Shown piece after piece: positions 25,690 through 39,699 of a DNA stretch of 64,000 nt (its first letter is position 1; each line of letters starts with the position of its first letter). The DNA comes from Chiloscyllium plagiosum (lineage: Eukaryota): contig NC_057751.1 of assembly GCF_004010195.1 (NCBI RefSeq), positions 8,871,611 to 8,935,610 on the forward strand. The letters run 5' to 3'. The position numbers were made by a program, and so were the translations under genes. Under the pieces are notes generated by a model, which saw only the letters and a list, made by a program, of their open reading frames with translations, did no database searches and was not told the DNA's origin.

Positions 25690-26790
25690 ATATAACAAGA
25701 GTGATTATGAGAAAACAGTGGCAGCCAACAGAAAGGAAAATCCCAAATTTTTCTGCAGGCATATCAATTGTAAAAGATAGTAAAAGGAGCAATGGGGCTG
25801 ATTCAGGGCCAAAGGATGGATTTACAGATGGGAGTAAGAGGCAAGACTGAGAGTTACGTTGATATTTTGCATCTGCCTTGATCAAGGAGGTAGATGCTAC
25901 ATCAGCCATGGTGACATAGGAAGAGATTTTATCACTCAAAGGGTTCAAAATTGATAAGGTGCAAATGTTGGATAGGCTATTGATAATTAAACTTGATAAT
26001 GCACCAGTACCGAATGAAACGCATCCAAGGACATTGAAGGCAGTCACAGAGGAAATTGCAGGGGCACTCATCACAATATTTCAGTTTTCCTTAGAATTAG
26101 GGGAGACACCAGGGGACTGGAAATTTGCAGACGTTACGAGCTATTCAAAAAGGTAGTAAAAATAAGTCGCGCAATTACAGTCCAGCCAGTTTGATTTCAG
26201 TGGTGCAGAAGCTCCAATAAATAATTATTTATACACTTAATGGTAAAGTCCTCAGGAGTGTTGCTGAACAAAGAGACCTTGGAGTGCAGGTTCGTAGCTC
26301 CTTGAAAGTGGAGTCGCACGTAGATAGGATCGTGAAGAAGTATGCTTTCCTTTATTGGTCAGAGTATTGAGTACAGGAGTTTGGAGTACAGGAGTTTGGA
26401 GGTCATGTTGCAGCCAACCAGATATCCTAAATTAACCTAGTCCCATTTGCCAGCACTTGGCCCATATCCCTCTAAACCCTTCTTATTCATATACCTTTTA
26501 AATGTTGTGATTGTACCAGCCTCCACCACTACCTCTGGCTGCTCATTCTAGACATGCATCACCCGCTGCATGAAAAAGTTGTCCCTTAGGTCTCTTTCAA
26601 ATCTTTTCCTCTCACCCTAAACCTATGCCCTCTGGTTCTGGACTCCCCCAACCTGGCGAAAAAATCTTATCTATTTACCCTATCCATGCCCCTCATGATT
26701 TTATAAACCTCGAGAAGGTCACCCCCCAGCCTCTAACCCTCCAGGGAAAACAACCCCAGCCTATTCAGCCTCTCCCTATAGCTCAAACCT
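25690..26790. mobile_element. Stacked CR1 fragments, including an inverted 3' piece at 26414-26790
   Basis: Plus-strand ORF2 remnants (THPRTLK, PGDWKFADVT) followed by a minus-strand CR1 3' segment. Confidence 0.75.
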
Positions 26791-29700
26791 ATAGCTTGTC
26801 CTGAGATATTTTGTTGACCTATATTCAGGGTGAGCTTGCCAATTGGATACATAATTGGCTTAATTGAACATTCTGGGTAATCGAAGATGGAGGATGGGAA
26901 AACTTTCTGGCTATAACAGGGTGCTCCTTTTTTGAGGTATTTTAGATGTTGGCAGTGATTTCCTCGAATTCCAGGAGCAGCAATTACTGTTGCAATTGTT
27001 TTGGAACGCTGAAAAAAAGTCAAATCAACAGCACGTTTAAAAGGGAGAAAGACAGACAAAGGCAGCAAGCACATGGTCTGTAAGGGAGAGAGAGAACGAA
27101 ACCCACACTGCTAACTGACGCAGCAGTGAATTTGCAAAGTTACTGCCTTTGCTGTTTGAATTCATGTATCGCTGGACATCGGAGTGTGTCTAGGAAAACT
27201 TAACAAACAGAGAAATTCACAACTGATCTTGGAAGAACCTGTTTGGGAGAGGTCACAGCATAGAAACAGATAAATAAATAGTTTAAGTATAGCCTTGCTG
27301 CAAATCTACTATAGTGAGTCCAATGGGTTCTTTCTTGATTTTATGTGTTTTATTGGGATATGTCTCTTGATTAATTTTTTAAAAATATAAGCCATAAGTA
27401 TAAGTTAGGCTGGACCAGTGTTTTATAGAGCAATAACATGGTGTTATTTTCTGGGTCTGTCGATTGGAAGGAGAATAATGGCCTTTAGTAGAGTGACATG
27501 CTCTTCTTGGCAGATGTGGGAGTTTTGGGAGAGTTTAAGGGTGACTGGGGATTATATCTGCAATAAATGTCATTGGTTGCGATACTGTCATGTCGAATGG
27601 ATCAGTTGTATCGACAGTGAGAGGTAATGAGAAATCAGAGTGGTGTGTTGCCTCCCTGGTGCTCGGATCAAAGATGTCTCAGAGAGGGTGCAGAATGTTC
27701 TCAAAGGGGAGAGGGACCAGCAGGAGGTCATTGTACATATCAGTACCAACAACATAGGAAGGGAAAGGTTGAGATTCTGAAGGGAGAATATAGAAAGCTG
27801 GGCAGGAGCTTAAAAAGGAAATCCTCGAGGGTAGTAATATCTGGATTACTCCCGGTGCTATGAGCTAGTGAGGGTAGGAGTACGAGGATACAGCAAATGA
27901 ATGTGTAGCTGAAGAGCTGGTGTATGGGAGATGGATTCATATTTTTGGATCATTGGAATCTCTTTTCAGGGAGAAGTGACCTGTACAAGAAGGATGGATT
28001 GGACCAGAATTTGAAAGGGACTAATATATTGGCAGGGAGATTTGCAAGAGTTGCTCGGGAGAATTTAAACTAGTAAGGCTGGGGGTGGCAGGGGGTTTGG
28101 GGGGGTGACCCAGGGAGATAGTGAGGAAAGAGATCAATCTAAGACTGTTACAGTTGGGAAAGGGAACAAATCAAACAATCAGGAAAGGCAGGAACAAAGC
28201 AGAGAACAAGGTGGGACTGATAAATTAAACTGCATTTATTTCAATGCAAGAAGCCTAACAGGGAAGGCAGATGAACTTAGAGCATGGTTAGGAATGTGGG
28301 AGTGGGATATCATAGCAATTGCAGAAATGTGGTTCAGGGATGGACAGGACTGGTAGTTTAGTGTTCCAAGATACAAATGCTATCGGAAGGATAGAAAGGG
28401 AAGCAAGAGAGATGGGGGAGTGGGGTTTTTGATAAGGGACAGCATTTCATCTGTACTGAGGGAGGATATTCCCGGAGGTACATCCAGGGAGGTTATTTGG
28501 GTGGAACTGAGAAATAAGAAAAGGATGATCACCTTTTTGGGATGGTATTATAGACCCCCCCTAGTAGTCAGCAGGAAATTGAGAAACAAATTTGTAAGGA
28601 GATTTCAGTTATCTGTAAGAATAATAGGGTGGTTATGGTAGGGGACATTAACTTTCCAAACATAGACTGGGACTGCCATAATGTTAAGAGTTTAGGTGGA
28701 GAAGATTTTGTTAAGAGTGTACAAGAACATTTTTTGAGTCAGTACGTAGATGTACCTACTAGAAGAGGTACAAAATGTGACCAACTCTTGGGAAATAAGA
28801 TCGGGCAGGTGACTGAGGTGACAGTGGAGGAGTACTTTGGGGCAAGTGACCATAATTCTATTAGCTTTCAAATAGCGATGGAAAAGGATAGAACAGATCG
28901 AACAGCTGAAGTTCTCAAGTGGACAAGGCTAATTTTGATGGTATTAGGCAAGAACTTTCAAAAGCTGACTGGGGACAGATATCTCCAGGTAAAGGGACGG
29001 CTGGAAAATGGGAAGTCTTCAGAAATGAGATAACGAGAGTCCAGAGACAGTATATTCCTGTTCGGGTGAAAGGAAGGGCTGGTAGGTGTAGGGAATGCTG
29101 GATGACTGGAGAACTTGTGGGTTTGGTTGAGAAAAAAGAAGTATATGTCAGATATACACAGGAAAGATTGAGTGAATCCTTAGAAGTGTATAAAGGCAGT
29201 AGGAGTATACTTAAGAGAGCAATCAAGAGGGCAAAAAGGGGACATGAGATAGCTTTGGCAAATATGGTTATGGAGAATCCAAAGGATTTTTACAAATACA
29301 TTAAGGACAAAGGGGTAACTAGGGAGCGAATAGGGCTCCTCAAAGATCAGTAAAGCAGCGTTTGTGTGAAGCCGCAGGAGATGGGGGAGATACTGAATGA
29401 TTTACTGTGGAGAAGGACATGGAAGATGTGGAATGTGGGGAAATAGATGGCGCCATATTAAAAACCGTCCATTGAGGAGGAGGTGCTGGATGTCTTGAAA
29501 TGCATAAAGGTGGATAAATCCCCAGGACGTGATCAGGTGTACCCTAGAACTCTGTGAGAAACTAGGGAAGTGATTGTCAGGCCCCTTGCTGAGATATTTG
29601 TATCATCAATAGACCCAGGTGAGGTGCCAGAAGACTGGAAGTTGGCTAACGTGGTGCCACTGTTTAAGAAGGGTACTAAGGACAAGCCAGGGAACTATAG

Positions 29701-31232
29701 ACCAGTGAGCCTGACACTAGTGGTGGGCAAGGTGTTGGAGGGAATCCTGAGGTGAAAAATATATTGCTGGAAAAGCGCAGCAGGTCAGGCAGCATCCAAG
29801 GAGCAGGAGAATCGACATTTCGGGCATAAGCCCTTCTTCAGGACCTGCCTGACCTGCTGCGCTTTTCCAGCAACACATTTTTCAGCTCTGATCTCCAGCA
29901 TCTGCAGTCCTCACTTTCTCCTAGGGAATCCTGAGGGACAGGATGTCCATGTATTTCAAACGGCAAGGACTGATTAGAATTATTGACATGGCTTTGTGTG
30001 AGGGAAATCATGTCTCACAAACTTGATTGAGTTTTTTGAAAAAGTAACAAAGAGGATTGATGAGGGCAGAGCGGCAGACGTGATCTATATGGACTTCAGT
30101 AAGGCGTCGACAAGGTTCCCCATGGGAGACTGATTCGAAAGGTTAGATCTCATGGAATACAGGGAGAACTAGCCATTTGGATACAGAACTGGCTCAAAGG
30201 TAGAAGACAGAGGGTGGTGGTGGAGGATTGTTTTTCAGGCTGGAGACTTGTGACCAATGGAGTGCCACAAGGATCAGTGCTGGGTACACTACTTTTCATC
30301 ATTTATATAAATGATTTCGATGTGAGCATAAGAGGTACAGTTAGTAAGTTTGCAGATGAAGGTCACCTAAGATTACAATAGGATCTTGATCAGATGGGCC
30401 AACGGGCTGAGAAGTGGCAGATGAAGTTTAATTCTGATAAATGCGAGGTACTGCATTTTGGGAAAGCAAATCTTAGCAGGACTTATACACTTAATGGTAG
30501 GGAGTCCTCGGGAGTGTGGCTGAACAAAGAGACCTTGGAGTGCAGGTTCATAGTTCCTTGAAAGTGGAGTTGCAGGTAAATAGGATATTGAAGAAGGCTT
30601 TTGGTATGCTTTCCTTTATTGGTTAAAGTATTGAGTATAGGCGTTCAGAGGTCATGTTGCAGCTGTACAGGACATTGGTTAGGCCACTGTTGGAATATTG
30701 CATGCAATTCTGGTCTCCTTCCTATCGGAAGGACGTTGTGAAATTTGAAAGGGTTCAGAAAAGATTGACAAGGATGTTGCCATAGTTGGAGGATTTGAGC
30801 TATAGGGAGAGGCTGAACAGTCTCGGGCTGTTTTCCCTGGAGCATTGAAGGCTGATGGGTGATCTCATAGAGGTTTATAAAATCATGAGGGGCATGGATA
30901 GGATAAATAGACAGTCTTTTCCCTGGGGTGGGGAGTCCAGAACTAGACGGCATAGGTTAGGGTGTGAGGGAAAAGATATAAAAGGGACATAAGGGGCAAC
31001 TTTTTCACAAAGAGGGTTGTGCATGTGTGGAATGGGCTGCTAGAGGAAGTGGTGGAGACTGGCACAATTGCAACAATAAAAAGGCATCTGGAAGGGTATA
31101 TGAATAGGAAGGGTTTCGAGGTATATCAGCCAAGTCTGGCAAGTGGGAGTAGATTAGGCTGGGATACCTGGTCGGCATGGATGAGTTGGACCGAAGGGTC
31201 TATTTCCGTGCTTACATCTCTATGACTCTACG
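26790..31232 (+). mobile_element. Near full-length decayed CR1 LINE
   Basis: ORF1 zinc-finger remnant (VTCSSWQMWE...YICNKC) and esterase-like remnant. APE endonuclease motifs (YFNARS, YYRPP, VGDINFP, SDHN). RT motifs (PGNYRPVSLT, GVPQGSVLG, FADE). CTCTATGACTCT tail. Many frameshifts and stops. Confidence 0.9.
29753..29922. mobile_element. Fold-back mini-element, family A, inside CR1
   Basis: 14-bp TSD AGGGAATCCTGAGG at 29739-29752 and 29923-29936, 38-nt tail. Confidence 0.88.
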
Positions 31233-31243
31233 AGACAGAGGGT

Positions 31244-31546
31244 TTTAGATTCAGATTAGATTACAGTGTGGAAACAGGCCCTTCGGCCCAACAAGTCCAC
31301 ACCGACCCGCCGAAGCGAAACCCACCCATACCCCTAAACTAACACTACAGGCAATTTAGCATGGCCAATTCACCTGACCTGCACATCTTTGGACTGTGGG
31401 AGGAAACCGGAGCACCCGAAGGAAACCCACGCAGACACAGGGAGAACGTGCAAACTCCACACAGTCAGTCGCCTGAGGCGGGAATTGAACCCGGGTCTCT
31501 AGCACTGTGAGGCAGCAGTGCTAACCACTGTGCCACCGTGCCGCCC
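31244..31546 (-). mobile_element. Well-preserved HE1-like V-SINE
   Basis: Intact A box TGGCACAGTGG and B box GGTTCAATTCC, V-domain, (AATCT)n tail; short GGGTT duplication in the CR1 host. Confidence 0.92.
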
Positions 31547-32840
31547 ACGGGTTATAGTGGAGGGTTGCTTTTTGGACTGGAGGCCTGTCACCAGCGATGT
31601 TCTGCAGAGATCGGTTCTGGGTCCTCTTTTGTTTGTCATTTATGTGAATGATTTGGATGAGAATTCAGAAGGCATGGGTAGTAGGTTTGTGGATGACACT
31701 AAAATTGGTGTCACAGCAGACAGTGACGGATTACAAAAGGATTTTGATCAAATGTGCCAGTGGGCTAAAAAATGGCAGAGGGAGTCCAATCTGGATAAAT
31801 GCAACGTATTGCATTTTCATACAACAAACAAGGGTAGGGCTTATACAATTAATGGTAAGGCCTTGTGCAGTGTTGTAGAACACAGGGATTTGGGGGGTGT
31901 GGAATGAACTTCCTCAGGAAGTGGTAGATGCAGGTACAATTACAATGTTTCAAAGACATTTGTTTAGATACATGAATAGGAAATGTTTGGAGGGTTATGG
32001 GCCTTGAGCAGACAGGTGGGACTAGTTTAGTTTGCGATTATGTGCAACTTGGACTGGTTGGACTGAAGGGTCTGCTTCCACGCTGTATGAGTCTATGACT
32101 ATATGAGATCGAGGGACAACTTCAAAATGGGCACATGCTATGAAATTTGGAAATAATGTAAACTGGAACAATAATGTTAAACTCCAAAATGAAATGAACA
32201 ATGTGGCAGATGAGCAGATCAGTGGCAGATAAAGTTCAATGTGGAGAAGTGTGAGAGGATGAACATGGAAGAAATATAAAATAAGGGGTAGAATACTTGC
32301 AGAAAACACTTGTTAGACCATAGTGGCAGTATTATGGATAGTTTTGGGTGCCATCTTGTACAAAGGATGTGAATGCTCTTAAGAGAATGCAAAAGCGTTA
32401 TACAAGAATGGTTCCACTGATGAGAAACCAGTTATGAGGATAGATTAGAGAGGTTAGGATTGTGCTCCTTGGAGAGATAACTCAAAAGAGAACTGATCGA
32501 CCTTATCAAGATAGGAAGAAACTATAACTGCACATAAAGGATCAAGAACTAAAGGTCACTGACTTAAAACAATTTGCAAATTACCAAATGTGATATAAGA
32601 AAAAATATTTTTTTACACAACAAATGGTTCAAGTCTGGAACGCATTGCCTGGTTGTGTGGTGGAGGCAGAGTCTACTCAGGCATTCACAAGGTTGATTAT
32701 TTAAATAGAAACAATGCACAAGAATATGGTGGAAAGTCAGGCAAACAGAACCAAGTCATCGTGCTGGTTGGAGAGACAGTGTGGTCGTGATGGGCTTAAT
32801 GGCTTCCTTCTGTGCCATGATAGCTCTGTGATTGTTTTGA
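31547..32840 (+). mobile_element. CR1 RT and 3' fragments
   Basis: SVLGPLLFVIYVNDLD...FVDDTKIG and two CR1 3' ends. Confidence 0.8.
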
Positions 32841-32961
32841 TATAGTACGGCAGATGCAAAAGGGCTGGAAAATAAACTGAGGCAAACAAAGTTTAACCCT
32901 GTACTACATCCATGTGACCCCCATCATCAGGTCAGATGGTAGTTTGTCAATAATTGCACAT

Positions 32962-33295
32962 AGATTCCACAGTGTGGAAGCATACCCTTTGGCCCACCAA
33001 GTCCACACCGACCCTCCAAAATGTATCCCATCCACTCCCCCCGACCATATCCATGTAACCCTAAATTACCCATGGGTAATCCACCTGACTTATACATCCC
33101 TGGACACTATGGGCAACTTAGCAGGGGCCAATCCATTTAACCTGCACATGTTTGGATTGTGGGAGGAAACCAGAGCACCTGGAGGAAAACCATGTTGACA
33201 CAGAGAGAACGTTCAAACTCCACATTGACAGTCAGTCAAGGATGGAATCAAACCCAGGTCCCTCGTGCTGGGGACTGAGCCACCATGCCACCCCA
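32962..33295 (-). mobile_element. HE1-like V-SINE
   Basis: Reverse-complement V-domain (CAAACTCCACA) and head. Confidence 0.8.
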
Positions 33296-33309
33296 CAACT
33301 TTTCAGATC

Positions 33310-34020
33310 ATGAAGCAGACCATGTCCAAATGCAACAAGGCCGAGACAATATCCGGGTTTGGGCTGACAAGTTGCAAATCACACCTGTGCCACACAATAC
33401 CCAGGCAATGACCATCTTCAGCAAGAGACAATCTCACCACTGCCTTTGGACATTCAGTGGTGTTATCCTCACTGAATTCCCCCACTATCTACATCCCAGA
33501 GGTCACCACTGATCAAAAACTGACTGGACTCACCATATAAAATACTGTGACCACAAGAGCAGATCAAAGGCTCGGAATCCTGCAGCAAGTAACTCACCTC
33601 TTAACTCCCCAAAGTCTGTCCACATTCTAGAAAGCAAGCCAATACCCACCCACTTTGCCTGCATGATTGCAGCTACCACAAAACTCACCAAGCCTGACAT
33701 CATCCAGGACAAGACGCAACATCCGCAATCACATGAATTCATCCATCCTCCACTCTGCTCAGTTGCAGTACACAAGATGCATCGCAGAAATTCAGCAAGG
33801 CTCCTCAGACGGCGCCTTTCAAACCCACGGTCTATTCCATGCAGAAGGACAAGACTGCAGATGCTGTACATGGAAACATTATCACCTGCAATTTCACCAA
33901 CAAACCACTCACCATCCTGACTTGGAAATATGTCACCGTTCTTTCAATGTCTCTGGATCAAAATCCTAACTTTCTTCCTCACAGCATTGTGGGTCGACCA
34001 ACAGTAGCTCAAGGGCAGCA
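33310..34020 (+). mobile_element. CR1/L2-group LINE 3' fragment
   Basis: Same family as 13610-15670 (AAPTTLKKLDTIQDK-like). Confidence 0.7.
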
Positions 34021-37000
34021 GACATTTTTTTAAAAATCAGACTTAACTTCATGGGTTTGCAGTGTAGTGTTCTATTTGTTCCTTAATCATCTCGTACAGG
34101 TTGAATGGTGTTCCACGTGTCATCTGTGATTTAATATTCCTAATGTCGAAAGAGAAAGGTTATCAGGATTCTCAGCAATGATCGTAACAGTGATAAAACT
34201 TTGAAACTACTGGCCTTAAACGCTTCGGGATATTCCAAGGTAGTGTAAGAAGTTGGAAAATTGCAAGTCTCTTTTTCATGATGGGACGCACATCTGTGGG
34301 TGAAGATTGCACGCATGAACTCCAAAATTAAACGCCAGAAAATACTCACAACATCGGAGCAGCACTGGGCAGCTCCAAGCTCTGGAAAAACTGCGGCCAC
34401 GCTCGAACAAAGCCCACGCTTGAAGAAAACGGACACTGGATTGAAATTACCTGAGGGCAACACCAGAGCAAGAAGCATCATTTGCGAGAGGAGGACGGAT
34501 GCCAGTGTTGGAAGAAACACCATTGAACAAATAGACGCAGATCGCTGCCACAGCGTGGCGCTGTTCACCCTCGCAGTCAGTGCGCTGCTATTTTCCATCG
34601 CCTCCTGTGGGCTTCGGGAGGTGCACATCTGCTGAACAAAGAAGCCGAGACGCGAGTTGACTTTGATTTGAGGGCAGAGTTAACCCATGGTGTAATATTG
34701 CCTGCAAAAGCGCCAGGAAAAGTCAATGAAGTGAAAGCACTAATTAGAGTGGCGCTAAATCACCGTACATGAGGGTATTGAGTTTAGAAAACTCAGCGTA
34801 CTGCCTGAGCTGCAGGTGTGTATTTCAATGTATGTTTATTAATTTGTGAACCAGTCTCCTATGTCTTTCTGGCTATCTATTAATTCGTGCATCGTCTTTG
34901 TCAAGGAAATGTTCGTGGTGCTTCAATGTTTGAAACTCTACCTCAATCGTAACAGCGGGTATACGGGGCGGTAAAACTGAGCCCTGTTCGGTGCTGCTAA
35001 TTTGTGATAGTTGTGCCGTTAAACTTGTTTGATTACGGCTGGCAGAAAGATTGAAAATCAACCTGAGTTCGGGGCGCAGGGGTGTTGTTTGACGTTGGTG
35101 AGGGTGGTGAAAGTGGGTGGGAGAATGAAATTGACAAGTCGAATTTGAGAGGAGTGTAACACAAGAGGGGTCTTTAAAAAAAAGGTGCTTCAATAAATGT
35201 GTGTGATGTCGATTACATGAATCTTAACAAAGTGAGTGTTGATTCCAAGACGAATATAATGTAAGGCAGAATATTCATAAAAACGTCGGCGGTTGAAATC
35301 ACAACAGAAAATAGACAAGACGTTACGGCCCTTAAAAAATCATAATTGGGAAACAAATGCCTTTTATTTGAACAAACGAAATTACTCGCAGGTAATTCAA
35401 TGTATTGGGATATGTTTTCTCCGGAGTGTGGAATCCTCGGGCACGTATAGATTGTGAGGACCGTAAATACGGACTTTTGCTGTCGGTATCATTATGGCCA
35501 ATGAGGTAGGGGTGATAAATGTAGGTGGGGGGGCGGGAAGGTGAGGTCGGTTTGTAAACTTTGAATCTTCGATGTGCAACAGCAAAATATAACATGCATT
35601 TTACGAATAATTGCCGAATAAATAAATACTTCATTGACGGATTCAGTGAGTTCAAAAACTGTGTGCGATGAAACTTCGCCTCAGGCTGTGACATAATCGT
35701 ATCAAGGACGGCAGGGGGTCCAATTATCCTGCACAGTTTTAATATTCAGCTTCTTATGGGATATAAACTGCTGCCTGCTAATTGTGAGAGTGCATGTAAA
35801 TACATAATGATTATTGAGTGGGAATGATTCAATCAATCTGTTTATCGACACCACCACCCCACCCCCTCCCATCCCACCGCCTACCGTCTGCTCACCGCCT
35901 GTATGTGTTAAACCCGAAGTAAATCGTTGGTTCCAACTAAAATCGTGCATTTTATTTGCCTTCCTACCTGGAGCAATTTTTAAAAAAAAATCATCAGGTC
36001 AACACTTCATCGGATTAGAACAGTTGTATCTGAAGGTTAGGGAACCAAATGTAGCACAAAAATAAGGTGTGAAAGCCGAGATCGGAGAGACTGCAGCAAG
36101 CATTTTGAATTCGTTGATTATTGTTGATAGTGTATGTGACTGTGTAGCTCTTGCGACTGAGAGTGTACTTAGTTTCTCCTCTCGATTTCAAAAACCTCGC
36201 AGAACCGACTTCACCAAAGTGTCTGAGAATTTTGAAGGCGGCCAAGATGGGCTGACACGAGAAACGAAACGGACTGAGTACAAGTTAATACAGAAGACTT
36301 CAGGTGGGGGGGGGGGTGCAGTGGGGTTAGGGGGCGAAAGCGATCTGGACTCGGCAAGTCCATCAATACAGAAAAATAAACAAACTCTGAATAGAATTGT
36401 CACACTTTGGCTGGGGGCGCTGCGCGGTGTATCTCCCCATGTCAGTTGTTAAATTATTGTGATGTTAATTGATATTACATGAAAAATCTCGAGCAACTGT
36501 CAAACTGGACACGGTACTGAGGAAACTTGTGTCAGTTTAATCCATGTAATGGTACGTTCTGATGCATGTTCGGTTCTTCCTCCTCAATGCTGAACAAGAG
36601 TTTCAAGCTGATAGGTTTAATTACTGCATCATCCATTTTAACAAGCTGTGGAACACTTCATTTGATCTTGGTTCACAATGTGCCATGTTATACTCTGCCG
36701 CTAATCCGTACAGCTATCAAACACGTTATCGTGTGAAATCCTCGATCACTGCACGATGCATTAATTGACAAAATTGGCCAAAGGACCAGGCTCCGGCCGC
36801 CAAGGGCAAAACGAGTCAGACGCAAAATCAAACCTTGAGTCGCAAACAACAAAACTGAGTTTTCAAAGTCTGGAGATTTTAGATGTAAAAGTGAAAATAG
36901 TCTGTGAGAAAACAGCGCGAGAGGCTTAGCAACATACTTTAGGAGTATAAATAATTTACATGCATATATAAAATATGTGCATGTGTGATATTGAGATTGA

Positions 37001-39699
37001 CCAAATTAACATACTGTGGAAAACAGTTTTCTCACTGTCAAAAGACAACACAGTATATTTAAACAGATATCTAGAACTCGCACCATACATCTGGTCTAGA
37101 TCATTGTTATCTGGATCTTTGAACAGTTTGCCTGTGGCAGCTGGCTGGGCCTAGCCAGGGTGACAGTGTTCTGACCCGGCTGAATGCTCGCTGTCCTCGG
37201 GCAATTGCCCGCAGACAGACGCTCCCTTCAGACCTGGGGCCCTGGCACACGCCTTCCTATTGTCCTCCGGGCCTCACACTTCGCAGCAACGGCAAGATTT
37301 CAATAAGGGCAGGAAGGGGACGGGGAGGGAGGGACGGAGTCGATTAGCATTCTCCACACCCACGGCACAAACAGACAAATCCCATTGAAAACCGCCTTCA
37401 GATGGCGGCATTTTAACTATTATTTAAACAATGACGAAATTCAACTGATTACTTTCAAGCAGATTACTCACCACTTGCTCGCAGCTGTCATGTTGTTGGA
37501 CTTCACTCCAATGTCTGATCTCACAAATATTGTACTCATCAACCAGATCTAACTGAACAATTGTATCCGGATCAAAGCAAGGAAGAATCGTTCAACAAAA
37601 TTGTCGAATTGCAATAAACTAAATATTACAGATGACAAATGGGTCATGACTATTTGGAATAATTAGGACTGTCACCATTTCGAATAAGCTTATCCATTTC
37701 GGATTTCGGAGCCAAAAAAAAAATCACATTTAATTTGCAGGTCAGAGTGTAATTCCTCAACATCTTTTTACCCCTACCAAATGAATTTGCTTTATTTTCA
37801 AAACAAAGCAACCAATTCGTGATTCTCTGGGAAATACAACAGGGCAACAACTTAAATGGTTGAAAAGTTACTTTCCAACACGGATTCAATTTGTTGAATG
37901 GTGTGTTTGGTGTTTGTAAACACCGGGTAAACAGGGCAAGGAATTCACGCCGCAGTTGTATGTCAGGATTTGGGGAAATTATCATCCTTGAATTTCCTCT
38001 GTTTTTACACTGGAACATTGTGGACTCCAGACAGCTTTCCACCACGTTTTATCTAGATTCGTTCAATCAGAAATCGTTAATCTATCCTGTGATTATATAA
38101 ATTCGGTTATTACTGAGAGAAAAATAAATCAGTCTTGGGAATTCCCTCGCCGTTTTAATTGTTATGGTGCTGAAATATGAATCTATTTTCACAAAAAAAA
38201 AATGAAAATCAGTTCAAAACATCATTAGAAACAAACTCAACGTTGAAGGCGAATAGATCCGTTTTAGGCTCGTCCCCGTGCTCCTCTTGGGTGACCACGT
38301 CTTTCACTCAATTAGTTGACTTCCGTCAAAAAAACATTGTCTCGATCTGTCCCTTTAAGAGATCTTGGTGACAGCTGAGGGTCGCTCCGGCAGATGGTCT
38401 GTGAGCGGAGTTTCATTGTTCCCCATTAAATCTGTTTGCATACCAAGCGTCTCCCCCGCCAACCTCCCCGCTCCCCAACCCTCCCCGCCCCCAGTCTTTG
38501 GACGTCTCCCGTTCCCTTTAGGAAAAACCAGTAAAAGGGAAGCGGCCAAACTGAAAAAACAAACCCCCGGCAAAGATAGAGTCACTTCCCAGTGCAACAG
38601 TTACATTCAAATGTTAACGAACAGAGCCGTCAAAATAAATACATCAGATGGAAGCGATCGGATGTCGCGGTAACTTGATCCCATCTCTGTTGTACAAACC
38701 TCAGGTTCAAGTTTGGACTGATGCGTGGGAATCGCGACAAACGATTTTGCTGATTCTTTCCCCGAGTAACAGACTCACATCGATCACAGACACCGAGCCG
38801 ATTGCTCGTCCGTGGCCTGAATTGGACCCAGTCAATGATTCAACATCGGAGCAAAGCTCTTCTGAAAAACGCAGCATTTCTCTTCGGGGTTTGCTCGAGT
38901 TAAAACGTTTTTCTGCCCAACGTGTAGAAAACGACACAAATAGTCGAATATTTGGAAATTAAATTTTCAGTGAAAAGTTGATTCGAGTTTATTACATTGA
39001 CGAATTTCAATGTATGACAACTTTTCAATGGGTTACAATAATTAATGTGTCAAAAGTCAGGGAAGTTAATATTTAAAATAACCAAAGAACTGCGGATGCT
39101 GCAATCTGAAACAAAAATAGATATTGCTGGCGAAACTCAGCAGGTCTGACAGCACCTGTGCAGAGAAAGCAGAGTCCAGTGACCCTTGTTCAAAAGAGAC
39201 CACACCTGACCTTCCATTCCAGCTTTAAATGACGATAAAGTATCAATAATCACTGAATTTAAATATAGCACATTGAGAAAGTCAGTGTAATCATAAAGGA
39301 TATATAACGCTTGATGATTATAACGTTCAATATGTATTTAAAAAGATTAAAGTGGATGGTTGTGGGCGGAAAAGAATTTACAAAATACGCAGTGCCCCAA
39401 CAACGTAAACCTGGTTTGGGAAGGGGTTGTTTTCATCGGAAACTTCGGCGGTAATTCTTAGAAAAGCTTTCCTTGGAGGTTGCTTTTGATTTTGTGAAGT
39501 CTTACATGGGCAGGGCGAGGTGAAAGGAGTTCAATGTCAGGCTGAAATCGGCGGCAAAACATTTTACACAACTGAATCGGGGCCAGGTCTGTATTGACAT
39601 CAACTAAATGATTTTCGCATCAATCGATGAGTCAGAAGGCCGCCGTGGTGGAACAGAGAGTGAATTACAAGATTAAGAGCAACTAACCCCAATGGAATA

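Noticed and set aside
28105-30953. CR1 ORFs as functional genes (also 59675-62197 and 62790-63416)
   Set aside because: Fragmented by frameshifts and stops; dead TE copies.
36405-37410. CTCF-like motifs (CTGGGGGCGCTG near 36411, TTCAGATGGCGG near 37397)
   Set aside because: Mismatches at core positions; not distinguishable from chance.
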